Positions 6,492 to 16,535 of a DNA stretch of 19,350 nt are shown here, piece by piece. Source of the stretch: Abditibacteriaceae bacterium (GTDB lineage Bacteria; Armatimonadota; Abditibacteriia; Abditibacteriales; Abditibacteriaceae); assembly GCA_031372065.1 (NCBI GenBank), contig JANMKN010000114.1, positions 1-19,350 of the forward strand, written 5' to 3'. Positions within the stretch are counted from its first letter, which is position 1; the number at the start of each line of letters is the position of its first letter. The notes under the pieces were generated by a model. That model had not been told where the DNA came from, made no database searches, and saw only the letters and a list, made by a program, of their open reading frames with translations. The translations under genes and the position numbers were made by a program.

Positions 6492-9401
6492 TTAGCCACC
6501 ATTCGCTTCCAACCATTGCAGTAATTCGGCGGTGCTGCCTTTGGCGATAAGCTGGGCATTGCCGCCCCGTTCTTTCACCATTTGCGCCAAATTAGCCTCA
6601 ATACCAGCTTCGCGGACGGCTTCCCATGCGGGCGTAGCAACGGGGCCGTTGTGCGATTGCAAGACAAAAGTGGAAACATCAGGCACAAATTCGTAAGCCG
6701 TATCCCAGCCATCGCGGAAGGGATAATTCATCGCAAAAAAGGCTGTGCCCAGATTGATGCCGGGCTGCGTCGGATAAGAACGAATCTGATCAAAAACCGT
6801 TTGTGGCGTTTGTGGTTCTTTGTCACGATAAGCGGGCGTTGTATACCAAAGCCACGGTTTCGCCGAAAAAATCGCGCGCTTGGCCGGAACATCGGCGGGA
6901 GGATTTACCAAATGGCGCGCGAACGGCATCAAAATATTCGCATACGAATCAAGCACACGAAACGTTTCTGGTGTGGCGCTCTCGCCCGGATTGAAACTGA
7001 TGCCCGCGCGTGAATCGCTTTGCCGGATAAACTGCGCCAATTCCAAATAAGGCTGCAATTGCGCCACATTCCCGCCCGGTTCATCTTTCACGGCAAACAC
7101 CCAATCGTTGTAATTCAATCCGGCGCGCCGCACTTCTTCCAAACGCGTTGTGACTTCTTCGGGCGTGCTGACTTTGAGCGACAACAAGCGCAGGCCACGC
7201 CGGTTCATTTCGTCTTTGGTCATCACGCTGTAGCCCACGCCGATGCCATGTGCGCGCGCATCCTGCCAGTAAATTTCGCCTTCGGGCGGGTCGGTGTAGC
7301 CGCTAATCAAAATCGGGCGCTGCGGCATGGCACGCACCCGCGAAATGCGCACCGGAAGCGTCAGATTGCTTTGCGTGGCGCCAAATAAATTGACACGCAA
7401 ATTATAATTTCCGGCGGGCACATTTTGACTGTCGAGAGTAATCCACAAACCGGCCACGCCCTGCGGCGGAACCGTAATGCCGGGACGCCGCAAGAGAGCG
7501 AACGGCGACCACGAAAAATTATTCGGCGCGTTGGCATTTGTTACATACGGCGCAAAAGCCACCACGCGCCAAGTCGCGCCACCGGGCACATCGCCTTGCG
7601 CACCAGAAAGTGTTGAATTTACACCAAGCGTAACAGGCGCGCCGGTCAAATTGCGCAAGCCAACTAAAACCGATGTTTGCGCCTGCGAGGGCAAAGCAAT
7701 TCCGCTTGTTTTCGCGCCGCCCTGCCCGGCCATTGTTTCCTGCGAAAGCGGCGCGCCATACGGGTCGGTGTTGAACCACGCTTGCAATTGATTGCCAACA
7801 TTAACAACTGGCTGCGCGACGCTCATAGCATTGTTTTTTGCCCCCGAAGCCTGCACATCGCCCGTTGGCACAAAATTATCCTGTGCCGTCAGCAACACCT
7901 GATGAATAACGCGATAAGTGTTAGGCTTTTGCGCCGGAAGCGGCGCGATTTGCAAGCGCACATTGCCCGCGCGATTGACATTAATTTGCCCGATGCGCTG
8001 CCATTCGTTGGGATAATTGTCGGCAATGTGATCCCACGAAACGCCGCCGCTTGGCCCTTGCACACTCAGTCGCCAGTTAGCAAAAAAGCCCGGTAATAAT
8101 TTAAAGCGCACCCACGCCGTATAGCGTCCAGGCTGGTCAACGCGCAAATCCGTTGAAACAGGGCCATCAATGTTGCCGTAGCTGCCTTTGAGCGAAGTGC
8201 CATCTACCTCCCAACCGGGGCTAAGTTGCGTAAAATCGCTGCCACGCGCCACATAAGAGGCGCCGCTGGAAGTTGCGGGCGAAGCCGCGCTGGCCCCGCG
8301 CCCGCCGCGCGATAATTCGTTGATGCGGCGCCGTATAACAACTGGATTGCCGATCATGTTCCATGCGTCATCGAAAATAATTTGTCGAACCGGCGCGCGA
8401 TAATCGGGCGCGTTGTTGCCGTAGTCCTGCTGTGCCAACGCATCAGTTTGCGCGCGCCAAAAAGTGCGACTGAGATTAAAAAGTGGTGTGTTGCCGCGTT
8501 CGTCCCACGACAGGGGCCGCACCTGCCACCAACGCCATGCATCCACATTGGCAACTGGAATTTGCGCTGCCCATTGCCCACCGATGCCCGGCCCGGCCCG
8601 CAAAGCGTTGCGCGTTAAATCATTGGGCGCACCGGCCCACAATTCTTCGGTGAGATATAAACAATCAATCTGGCGCGCGCGCAAAACGCGTTGCGGCGCA
8701 GCGGCAGCTTTGTTCAATTGCCCGCCGGTAACGTGCCACCATGCCCGCGCATAGCCCAACTTCACGGTGTAATCGCCAGCGGACAAATCCACCATCACGT
8801 CATGCCATGCCAATCCTTCCTGCGTTTGTGGCGCATCATAGATTTCATCGCGCAGCAGCGGCGCCTCGTTTTCCTGTCCCGCGCGATAAAGTTTCAAAGT
8901 TGTTAGCGCCGTGCCCGTCGGCCAATTGTAGTAGCCAACCCACAAGCGAAACGTGCCCGCACGTTCGACGCGCAGCGGCATTGAAGCATCCGGCCCGTTA
9001 TCGAGGTTCGAGCCGATAATGAATTGGCCTTGCGCGCGCCAGCCGTTGAGCATTTGCGGCGCGAGATGTTCGGGTTCAATGAGAATGCGCTGCAACGCGG
9101 CAGGCGGATTCAAAGTAGACGGCAAAAGGGTTTGCGGATTTTGATTTTGCGCCCGCAAAAACTGATGGAATTTCTGAATATAATCCGCATCGTGCCCCAT
9201 GTGCCGCAAAGTCAGACCCAGAGAATCACGCGCGCCACTTGGCTCATCGGTCACGTTTGTTGTGACCGCAAAAGCGCCGGATGTTGAAGCAACAGGAAGC
9301 GCCCCGTAACGCGGCGCTTGGGCCTGACAAGAAGTCGTCAGAAACACAGTGCCCAGAGCAGAAGCACCAAAGAGAACATGGCGCGAAGATATTTTTTTCA
9401 T
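6492..9401 (-). CDS. Large secreted (possibly lipid-anchored) multi-domain protein, 969 aa; putative carbohydrate-active
   Basis: Long ORF with GAGG upstream and a signal peptide with a possible lipobox (FLTTSC). It has two similar beta-sandwich-like modules, Ser/Ala/Gly linkers and a C-terminal region with KDEP and WEAVREAG motifs. The function is inferred. Confidence 0.8.
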   Translation of the reverse strand: MKKISSRHVLFGASALGTVFLTTSCQAQAPRYGALPVASTSGAFAVTTNVTDEPSGARDSLGLTLRHMGHDADYIQKFHQFLRAQNQNPQTLLPSTLNPPAALQRILIEPEHLAPQMLNGWRAQGQFIIGSNLDNGPDASMPLRVERAGTFRLWVGYYNWPTGTALTTLKLYRAGQENEAPLLRDEIYDAPQTQEGLAWHDVMVDLSAGDYTVKLGYARAWWHVTGGQLNKAAAAPQRVLRARQIDCLYLTEELWAGAPNDLTRNALRAGPGIGGQWAAQIPVANVDAWRWWQVRPLSWDERGNTPLFNLSRTFWRAQTDALAQQDYGNNAPDYRAPVRQIIFDDAWNMIGNPVVIRRRINELSRGGRGASAASPATSSGASYVARGSDFTQLSPGWEVDGTSLKGSYGNIDGPVSTDLRVDQPGRYTAWVRFKLLPGFFANWRLSVQGPSGGVSWDHIADNYPNEWQRIGQINVNRAGNVRLQIAPLPAQKPNTYRVIHQVLLTAQDNFVPTGDVQASGAKNNAMSVAQPVVNVGNQLQAWFNTDPYGAPLSQETMAGQGGAKTSGIALPSQAQTSVLVGLRNLTGAPVTLGVNSTLSGAQGDVPGGATWRVVAFAPYVTNANAPNNFSWSPFALLRRPGITVPPQGVAGLWITLDSQNVPAGNYNLRVNLFGATQSNLTLPVRISRVRAMPQRPILISGYTDPPEGEIYWQDARAHGIGVGYSVMTKDEMNRRGLRLLSLKVSTPEEVTTRLEEVRRAGLNYNDWVFAVKDEPGGNVAQLQPYLELAQFIRQSDSRAGISFNPGESATPETFRVLDSYANILMPFARHLVNPPADVPAKRAIFSAKPWLWYTTPAYRDKEPQTPQTVFDQIRSYPTQPGINLGTAFFAMNYPFRDGWDTAYEFVPDVSTFVLQSHNGPVATPAWEAVREAGIEANLAQMVKERGGNAQLIAKGSTAELLQWLEANGG

Positions 9402-9414
9402 AGTTAGTAACCTC

Positions 9415-9451
9415 GATTAGGGAGCGCTGGCGAGATGCGCGCTCCCTAATC
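9415..9451. promoter_or_regulatory. Perfect 13-bp stem-loop directly 5' of the RBS of the 969-aa gene
   Basis: GATTAGGGAGCGC (9415-9427) / GCGCTCCCTAATC (9439-9451), 11-nt loop, no U-tract on the minus strand. Confidence 0.55.
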
Positions 9452-9505
9452 ACAACTTTCAAGTATGCCCAGTGCAAACTACACGACAATTCTTGAAAGC
9501 AAAAC

Positions 9506-11389
9506 TCAGTCGCGGACGAATTCCTGATGCCACAGTTCAAGCATGAGCAATGTCCACAAACGCGGGCCGTGTTCAGCGCGTTCGTCGAAATGCTCCTCTG
9601 CCAAATTGCGCAGCGCATCGGGCCGAAAATAGCCGCGATTTAAAGCGCGCTCAGATAAAACGGTATCGTAAAAAAGCGGCTTCATTTCGCCTCGCAGCCA
9701 TTTGCCAACCGGCACGCCAAAGCCCATTTTCGGGCGCTCCATATTTTCCGCAGGCACCAAATCTCGAATCGCGCGCCGCAGAATATATTTGCCGGAGGAA
9801 CCCTTCAGTTTCAAATTTGATGGCAGTGTGGCGGCCCATTCCATCAAAGTGTGATCGAGCAGTGGCGAACGCGCTTCCAGCGAATTCGCCATCGTGGTTA
9901 TGTCCACTTTTGTCAGCAAATCATCCGGTAAATACGCGTTAATATCACTGAACTGGCAGGCATCAACGGAATTAAAATGGCGCGCCAATGCGTTTGCCAT
10001 ATAAACCGCAACCGGATTAGAAATTTCGCCCAATGAGGCAGCAAACGAAGGATTGTAAAGGACCCCTTTTTGCTCGAACGTAAACGCGCTTTGCCAGTTC
10101 AAATAGCGCCGTGGCGCAGGCAGATTGGTGGCTTGCAGCATCTTTTTGAGTCGCACCATTTTGCTGCGAAAATTGAGTCCGCTGGGCAGCATTTTGCCGA
10201 AAGCAGCGCCCAAAGCACGAACCGGAGCCGGAAAACTTTCGGTCAATTGAAGCGCGCGATAGCGTTCATAACCGGCAAACGTTTCGTCGCCGCCATCACC
10301 ATTGAGCGCGACGGTAACGTGCTTGCGTGTTTCTTGCGCAACATAAAACGAAGGCACGGCGGACGAATCGGAATAGGGTTCGCCATAATGCCGCACAAGG
10401 GTTGGCAAAATCGCCTGCGCATCGGCGCGCACGATGATTTCGTGATGCTCGCAGCCGTATTTTTCGGCCAAGCGGCGCGCATGCGGCGTTTCGGAATAAT
10501 CGCTTTCTTCAAAGCCGATGCTAAAAGTTTTCACCGGCTGGCTCGTGAAGCGCGCCATCATCGCTACAACCGTCGACGAATCAATGCCGCCCGATAAAAA
10601 CGCGCCTAAGGGCACTTCGCTCATCAAGCGAATGCGCACGCACTCTTCCAAGCGTTTTAACAATTCTTCGGCGGCTTCGTCTTCGCTAATTTTCAATTTG
10701 CGCGACGGCTCGAAATGTTCTTCGATTGACCAATAGCGACGCAGCTTCGTTTCGCCGTTTTTCAAAGTCAAAGAATGCGCGGGCGGCAGTTTTTTGATGT
10801 CCTGATAAATGCTGTCCGGCGCAGGCGTGCAAAGGTTGGAGAGGTATAAATCCATCGCCGCGAAATTAATGCGACGCGGCACATCGGGATGCGCGAGAAG
10901 GGCTTGAAATTCCGAAGCAAAAACGAAACTTTTACCGCTGTTCGCATAAAGCAGCGGCTTTTTGCCCAATCTATCACGCGCTAAAAACAGCGTTTGCGTT
11001 TTGGTGTCGTAAATGGCAAAAGCGAACATTCCGCGCAGCTTTTGCGGACAATCTTCGCCCCATTCCTCATAGGCATGCACAATCGCTTCCGTGTCGCTAT
11101 TGGTGCGGAAAATGTGGCCTTTATTTTCCAATTCTGTGCGCAAATCGGGAAAGTTATAAATCTCGCCATTAAAGGCAATCCACACGGTTTCGTCTTCGTT
11201 GCAAAGTGGCTGCGCACCGCCCAACAAATCAATAATCGCAAGGCGCCGATGGCCAAGTGCCGCCGCACCGAGTTGTTGAAAACCATCGGCATCCGGCCCG
11301 CGATGGGTGATGCACGAAGTCAGTTTTTGCAACAGTTCAAGCGACGCCTTTTGCCCGTCAAGTTGAACTATACCAGTGATACCGCACAT
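9506..11389 (-). CDS. asnB: Asparagine synthase (glutamine-hydrolysing)-family amidotransferase, polysaccharide-cluster type
   Basis: Ntn N-terminus MCGITG, HRGPD, GHRRLAIIDL, FNGEIYNF, ARDRLGKKPL, FLSGGIDSS, GDGGDETFAGY, LEARSPLLD, RPKMGFGVP. Confidence 0.95.
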   Translation of the reverse strand: MCGITGIVQLDGQKASLELLQKLTSCITHRGPDADGFQQLGAAALGHRRLAIIDLLGGAQPLCNEDETVWIAFNGEIYNFPDLRTELENKGHIFRTNSDTEAIVHAYEEWGEDCPQKLRGMFAFAIYDTKTQTLFLARDRLGKKPLLYANSGKSFVFASEFQALLAHPDVPRRINFAAMDLYLSNLCTPAPDSIYQDIKKLPPAHSLTLKNGETKLRRYWSIEEHFEPSRKLKISEDEAAEELLKRLEECVRIRLMSEVPLGAFLSGGIDSSTVVAMMARFTSQPVKTFSIGFEESDYSETPHARRLAEKYGCEHHEIIVRADAQAILPTLVRHYGEPYSDSSAVPSFYVAQETRKHVTVALNGDGGDETFAGYERYRALQLTESFPAPVRALGAAFGKMLPSGLNFRSKMVRLKKMLQATNLPAPRRYLNWQSAFTFEQKGVLYNPSFAASLGEISNPVAVYMANALARHFNSVDACQFSDINAYLPDDLLTKVDITTMANSLEARSPLLDHTLMEWAATLPSNLKLKGSSGKYILRRAIRDLVPAENMERPKMGFGVPVGKWLRGEMKPLFYDTVLSERALNRGYFRPDALRNLAEEHFDERAEHGPRLWTLLMLELWHQEFVRD

Positions 11390-11431
11390 ATTTTCATTTC
11401 ACCGTCCTGCCCACTTGGCAAGACAGCGAAC

Positions 11432-13426
11432 CTACTTTTTCGTCCCTACCGCGCACCAGAAGGGCACGGTTTCCGAAAAGTGAATGTTTTCCAAGCCCGC
11501 TTTTTCCATCATGTCTTGAATTTCGGCGCGCGTGAAACGCTGCTCCAACTGCGTCCCAAAGCGGTCGCGCGCGTCGGTGCGCATCGTATAAAAGCTACGG
11601 CCACGATAAATCGCAAGCGGTAAATTTTCGACGTTGCGTCCGGTTTTTTCCAGCAGTTTTGCGCCGCGCGCCAAGGGTAAATAAACGCCCGCCGCTAATG
11701 CAGTGCAAATTGCGTCGCGCACGCCATGCGGCGCCTGTGAAATGGCGCCGCGCCCGATTTCGCTGGCTTGCCATAAAGCGCGATACCATGACGGCTTGTT
11801 ATCAAACGCGTAATACAAATACAGCAAAAACGGCGCGCCCGGTTTTAGTTTTTTTACGCACGATTGCAAGCCCGAAAGCGTGTCCGGCACATGATGCAAC
11901 ACGCCCAGCGAATAACCAAAATCCATCGAATTATCATCTAAGGGAATCACATCCACGCTGGCATAATGAAAGCGGACGTTGCCTGCATCCGCTAAATTTT
12001 TGCGCGCCACATTTAAGGCGTCGTCGCTGGCATCGACGCAATGCAAAACGCCAACGCGCGGCGCTACGCATTGCGCCCAGCGGCCACTACCCGAACCCAA
12101 ATCGAAGCCTTGAGCGTTTTCAGGCAGAGAATCCCACGGAAAAATGCCAAAGTATTGCTCGAAAATTTCGGCGCGTTCGGTTTCGCTTAATTCCGATTGA
12201 TCGTAACGCGTCCACTCGTCGCCAAAACCGGCAACCGTGCCCGCGTCGGCGTTGTTCGTTTGGTTTTCATTCAACAACGTTTGATAAATTTCTTCATAAC
12301 GGCGCGTCACGCTTTGCAGGCTGAAATTGTCTTGAATGCGCGCCCGTGCCGCTTGGCTAAATTGCGTTTTAGCTTGCTCATCCGCTTCGATAAAATGCGC
12401 GATACCTGCAGCCAATTCCGGCGCGTTTTTAATCGGCACCACGATGCCCGCCTCACCAATAATTTGCGCGCTTTCGCCGACATTGGTTGCCACACCTGGC
12501 ACACCGCAAGCCATCGCTTCGCCAAGCACAAGCGGAAACGCTTCGCCATGCGAAGAAGACAAAACCATCACATCCAAAGCCGCCATCAAGCGCGGCATAT
12601 CTTGCCGTTCGCCGAGAAAATGCGTTTGCGCTTCCACGCCGTTTTCGCGTGCCAATTGCACAAGTTCCGCGTTGTCATGGAAGATGCCCGCGCCCGCTAA
12701 AACGAAGTGAACTTCGGGATGTGAATACGCTACGATGTTAGCCGCTTGAAAAAAATTAGAGTGGTCTTTCATGGCGTGCCAACGGCTGAAGAGACCGACT
12801 AACATTGTGTTCTGCGGCACGCCAATTTCTTCGCGCACATCTTGTCGCGCTTGCTGCGAGGGCGCGAATAATTCCATATCGAAACCATTCGGCACGACCC
12901 AGCTTTTGCTGGTATTGTAGCCCGCTTCCCCATGCTGCTGCCGCCCGATTTGCGAAACGTAAATGGTGCCGTCCGGCTGGCCCGAAAAACGTTGGCCTAA
13001 TGTATCGAATAAGCGATTTAATCGCGTTTTAAACAGTTCCTCGTTGCGCGTATTGTGAATGGCCCACACCAATTTTGCGCCTTGCGCGCGCACTTTGCGG
13101 CCCAACAAAGCGGCGAGGTTGCTGTGATACATCCAACCTTGAATCACATCCGGTTTTTCGCGGCGCAAAACGCGTTGTAATTTCCACCACGCGCGCAAAG
13201 TTGTTTTGGGCGTTGGGCAGCTTAAATCCATGTCCAAGGTGTAAACCTTGATGCCCAAATCCTCGACAGCGCCAATCATGTCGCGCTGCCCGCCGCGTCC
13301 CATCAAAGCGACGACAACCGGCTCAAATTTCTCGCGATTTGTGGCGCACAGCAACTTATAAAGCATCATCTCGGCGCCGCCGACATAAAGCCCGATGATG
13401 ATATGCAGAACTTTGGTTTTCTTCAT
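11432..13426 (-). CDS. Fusion of a GT4-family glycosyltransferase and a class I SAM-dependent methyltransferase
   Basis: Likely start is ATG 13426 (MKKTKVLHII), just after the upstream stop. GT4 motifs: GGAEMML, VVPNGFD, KDHSNF, EAFPLVLGEAMACGVP. The C-terminal domain has TVAGFGDEW, DLGSGSGRW, YSLGVLHH. Confidence 0.9.
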   Translation of the reverse strand: MKKTKVLHIIIGLYVGGAEMMLYKLLCATNREKFEPVVVALMGRGGQRDMIGAVEDLGIKVYTLDMDLSCPTPKTTLRAWWKLQRVLRREKPDVIQGWMYHSNLAALLGRKVRAQGAKLVWAIHNTRNEELFKTRLNRLFDTLGQRFSGQPDGTIYVSQIGRQQHGEAGYNTSKSWVVPNGFDMELFAPSQQARQDVREEIGVPQNTMLVGLFSRWHAMKDHSNFFQAANIVAYSHPEVHFVLAGAGIFHDNAELVQLARENGVEAQTHFLGERQDMPRLMAALDVMVLSSSHGEAFPLVLGEAMACGVPGVATNVGESAQIIGEAGIVVPIKNAPELAAGIAHFIEADEQAKTQFSQAARARIQDNFSLQSVTRRYEEIYQTLLNENQTNNADAGTVAGFGDEWTRYDQSELSETERAEIFEQYFGIFPWDSLPENAQGFDLGSGSGRWAQCVAPRVGVLHCVDASDDALNVARKNLADAGNVRFHYASVDVIPLDDNSMDFGYSLGVLHHVPDTLSGLQSCVKKLKPGAPFLLYLYYAFDNKPSWYRALWQASEIGRGAISQAPHGVRDAICTALAAGVYLPLARGAKLLEKTGRNVENLPLAIYRGRSFYTMRTDARDRFGTQLEQRFTRAEIQDMMEKAGLENIHFSETVPFWCAVGTKK

Positions 13427-13428
13427 GC

Positions 13429-14232
13429 TTACGCTTCTGGTTTGCGCGCTACGCAAATGATATAGGGCGATGTTTTGCGATTGGGTTTGATGCGAAGTCC
13501 AGCGCGCTCTAAAAACCAAAACACCATCGAAACCGCTTTCATTAAGGCAAGGCGCACCAAGAAAATTGGCCCCGACGTGTGCTTGGAAAAACTCATGACG
13601 GCCCAGTTGACACTCAGCAAATAATCGCAGCTTTGCACGATTAAACCGGCTTCCTTGTGGGCTTTCGCCAGTGCCTCATCATCCAATGGCACATGGACAT
13701 CATAAACCGTGCGGTCAAGACGCTTTTGCAATTCTCCGACCCAACCGGCCATATTGGGAATTTGCGTAATCATCAGGCCACCGGGCTTGAGAAAACGACT
13801 GAATTTATCAATGCAATCGGCGGTATCGGTGAAATGTTCGACCACGCCAATCGAAACGATGACATCATAAGCGCCCAGCATATCGTCGGGCGGCACGAAA
13901 AAATCGGCATTGGCAATGCGGCCTTTCACGCCCGCTTTATCGAGAATCGCTTGCGCGGTTTCGCAGCCGACATCGGAATAATCTATGCCCGACACATCGA
14001 AGCCAAACTGCAAAGCAAAATACGGCAGCCAGCGCGAACGCCCGCAGCCGATTTCCAAAAGTTTTTGCCCGCGCGTGTTTTGCTTTTTGAACAACTGCGC
14101 GAAATAGCGATGAAAACCACGATAAACGTGGTTTCCCAAATGTCGGATATGTGGGTTAATCGGCCCCGGAATCGGCTTGTTTTCCCAACGGCGATCCCAA
14201 AAGGCCACGCCCGCCTTGTCTGTCTGCTCCAT
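13429..14232 (-). CDS. Class I SAM-dependent methyltransferase
   Basis: LLEIGCG (motif I), VSGIDYS, YDVIVSIGVVEHF, LKPGG. Confidence 0.9.
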   Translation of the reverse strand: MEQTDKAGVAFWDRRWENKPIPGPINPHIRHLGNHVYRGFHRYFAQLFKKQNTRGQKLLEIGCGRSRWLPYFALQFGFDVSGIDYSDVGCETAQAILDKAGVKGRIANADFFVPPDDMLGAYDVIVSIGVVEHFTDTADCIDKFSRFLKPGGLMITQIPNMAGWVGELQKRLDRTVYDVHVPLDDEALAKAHKEAGLIVQSCDYLLSVNWAVMSFSKHTSGPIFLVRLALMKAVSMVFWFLERAGLRIKPNRKTSPYIICVARKPEA

Positions 14233-14253
14233 GAAAAAGTCTCCTGTTTTGTG

Positions 14254-15186
14254 TTACTGCGTAACGGGCGCCGGTTCTTTTGCAAACCACAATGCTACTA
14301 AATCGCGGCCTAAAATGTGGCCCAAGCGTTCAACATCGGGCGTGAATTCAGCTTCCAAACAGCGGCGCAAATTGTCCGGCATGGTTTGACGCGAAGCGGT
14401 TTGCGAGTTCATTGTAATCAGCTTCTCGCCCATGCGCGCCCGCACGCTTTGCGGCATGAGGCCGCGCACCATTTGCTTGAGTTTCGGGTTGGGCCGCGTT
14501 AAAAGCGAATGCAATTTCGCGTTCTTCACGCTGCGATTTTCGTTGACACGCTCAATGACTGGCTCGAATGCCGAATCAATTTCCAAAAACTGACAGGTTT
14601 CTCGAAAGGCGCGGCGCGCATCGGTTTTGAAGTCGTCGAAAATGATGATTTTCGTTTGCGCCTGCCCAAAAACATCCAGATAATTTTGCACCTGCTGACT
14701 GTAAGTCACCATTTCACGATACAACAAAGGCCGCACCGGATACATCGAATAGGGGATGCGCTTGCCCTGTTTGCGATCAGTTTCGGCGTCCAGCGCCTCC
14801 TCGAAATCTTCGATGGTTTCCCAGCCCATCCAAATAAGATACGAATGCAGCGAATGAATCATATCTACCGGGTTGCGCAGCATGATAAGAATCTTCGCTT
14901 GCGTATTGAAATCGTGAATCTCGCGCGCCGCATCGGACGAATTGATATACCACGTCGAGCCTTCGCCGATGATTTTTTCGTCGCCCGCTTCTTCGAATAA
15001 TTTGAGGTAGTCCGCTTCGGTTGCCACCACATCGGGAATGCCCAAATCCTTGCCGAAATAAGCTGGTTCTTTGGGGTCGCACATCCACACATCAGGATGC
15101 TGTCCTAAATATTCAAACATCGCTGTCGTGCCGGACTTTTTGGCGCCGACGATGAAAAAATTCGGTTTCTTCATTGCTTCTTTCAC
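14254..15186 (-). CDS. PAPS-dependent sulfotransferase
   Basis: 5'-PSB loop IVGAKKSGTT, KEPAYF, GEGSTWY and the 3'-PB motif LRNPVDMIHS. The GTG start overlaps the flippase stop (GTGA); an alternative ATG is at 15174. Confidence 0.9.
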   Translation of the reverse strand: MKEAMKKPNFFIVGAKKSGTTAMFEYLGQHPDVWMCDPKEPAYFGKDLGIPDVVATEADYLKLFEEAGDEKIIGEGSTWYINSSDAAREIHDFNTQAKILIMLRNPVDMIHSLHSYLIWMGWETIEDFEEALDAETDRKQGKRIPYSMYPVRPLLYREMVTYSQQVQNYLDVFGQAQTKIIIFDDFKTDARRAFRETCQFLEIDSAFEPVIERVNENRSVKNAKLHSLLTRPNPKLKQMVRGLMPQSVRARMGEKLITMNSQTASRQTMPDNLRRCLEAEFTPDVERLGHILGRDLVALWFAKEPAPVTQ

Positions 15187-16535
15187 TGCTCTTTGCGTCT
15201 CACATTGCTCCGCACATAAAACGCAGTCGAATCAATATCGAGGCGCGCTTTCACCACGAACACTAAAACCACATTCCACAAAATCAAACTGAGCGAAGCC
15301 GCCCACGCCGCGCCTTCGATGCCCCAACGCGGAATGAGCAGCGCGCTTAAAATTCCGTTGGCTAAAGCGCCGCAGCCGATGCCTTTGGCGGCGTCTTTTT
15401 CGTGGCCGGTCATCATCAAAAGCAAGCCTACCGAACCCATCGCCGCGTTCACTAACTGGCCGATGCAAAGCACAATCAAAGCCGTTTGCCCGCGCGCGAA
15501 TTCGCCTCCGGCCAGCTTCAAAATCGGCGTGCCGAAAGCCATTAAAATCAGCGTCAGCGGGAGCGACAAAAATAACAGGGCGCGGGCACTTTTGGTGACG
15601 GTGTTTTGCAATGCTTTGATGTTGCCCATAGTATAAAGACTGGCCGCCGAAGGCGCTAAAACGGCGTTGACGGCTGTAACCACAAGGCCAATCACGCCCG
15701 AAAGCCATTTTGCCATGCCATAAATGCCCGCCGCCTTCACGCCTTGCACAGCACCTAATATCAACATATCGGCCTGCGAAAATGTGATGTGCAGCAAATT
15801 CAGCGTGAGTAGCGGCCACGCACTTTCCAACCAAACTGGCGCTTCTTGTCGGGCCGCGCCTGTCATTTCTGCGGGCAGTTTTTTTCGTAAAACCAAAGCG
15901 CCAAGAGCAAACGCGGTTAGTGTAGATAAGACATTAAGTGCCATCGCGCCCTGCGGTGAAAATTGATTTCCCCATTGCCAATGCGCCGTGCCGATAAAAG
16001 CCAGCAAAAGCAGTGGTTGCACCAAAGTTTCGGGCCACAAACCGCTAACGACTTCTCGAAAGCCACGCAATGTGGCCTGCCGCAAGCGCGCCTGCGCCAT
16101 AAGAGGCACTAAAAGCAGCGCCACCAAAAATGTCGCGCGATTTTGCAATTCATTTTGCAAAACGAACCACGCGGCGCACGCTACAAGGAGCGCGATGGCA
16201 GTGCCCGTCAACAAAACAGTTCGCGTGGCCCACACTAAAATGCCGCGCGTTAAAGGCCAATTTTTCTGCGTGAGGTAAACCGCAATTTGCCGCACGACAA
16301 GCGTATCAAGGCCAAAAAGCGCGGGCGTAATGAGAAACGTCACCCACGCCATCGCGTAGGCATAAGCGCCATAAGCCGATGCGCCCAACCAGCGCGCCAA
16401 TAAAATGCTGATGACAAACGACAGCCCAGCAAAAGTCGCCGTGAGCAGAAACGTGCCCGCCGCGCTTTTGGCCGAGCGATTCTGCATTTGATTCTTGGCG
16501 CCTTGCAGACCTTTGGCGCGTAGCGCGCTCATCAT
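15183..16535 (-). CDS. wzx: Wzx-type polysaccharide flippase (MOP/PST exporter)
   Basis: Multi-TM protein with LARWLGASAYGAY, ADMLILG, AGIYG, LIPRWGIEGAAWA. Likely start is ATG 16535, overlapping the upstream TGA (ATGA). Confidence 0.88.
   Translation of the reverse strand: MMSALRAKGLQGAKNQMQNRSAKSAAGTFLLTATFAGLSFVISILLARWLGASAYGAYAYAMAWVTFLITPALFGLDTLVVRQIAVYLTQKNWPLTRGILVWATRTVLLTGTAIALLVACAAWFVLQNELQNRATFLVALLLVPLMAQARLRQATLRGFREVVSGLWPETLVQPLLLLAFIGTAHWQWGNQFSPQGAMALNVLSTLTAFALGALVLRKKLPAEMTGAARQEAPVWLESAWPLLTLNLLHITFSQADMLILGAVQGVKAAGIYGMAKWLSGVIGLVVTAVNAVLAPSAASLYTMGNIKALQNTVTKSARALLFLSLPLTLILMAFGTPILKLAGGEFARGQTALIVLCIGQLVNAAMGSVGLLLMMTGHEKDAAKGIGCGALANGILSALLIPRWGIEGAAWAASLSLILWNVVLVFVVKARLDIDSTAFYVRSNVRRKEQ

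Noticed and set aside
9506..11389. asnB as a lasso-peptide cyclase or housekeeping asparagine synthetase
   Set aside because: The intact Ntn glutaminase domain, the absence of precursor and B-protein genes, and the glycan-cluster context favour a polysaccharide amidotransferase.
13427..13519. ORF-track N-terminal extensions of the GT4 fusion (also flippase 16571 and SGNH 18079)
   Set aside because: They overlap upstream genes. The coupled starts at 13426, 16535 and 18013 fit the domain boundaries better.
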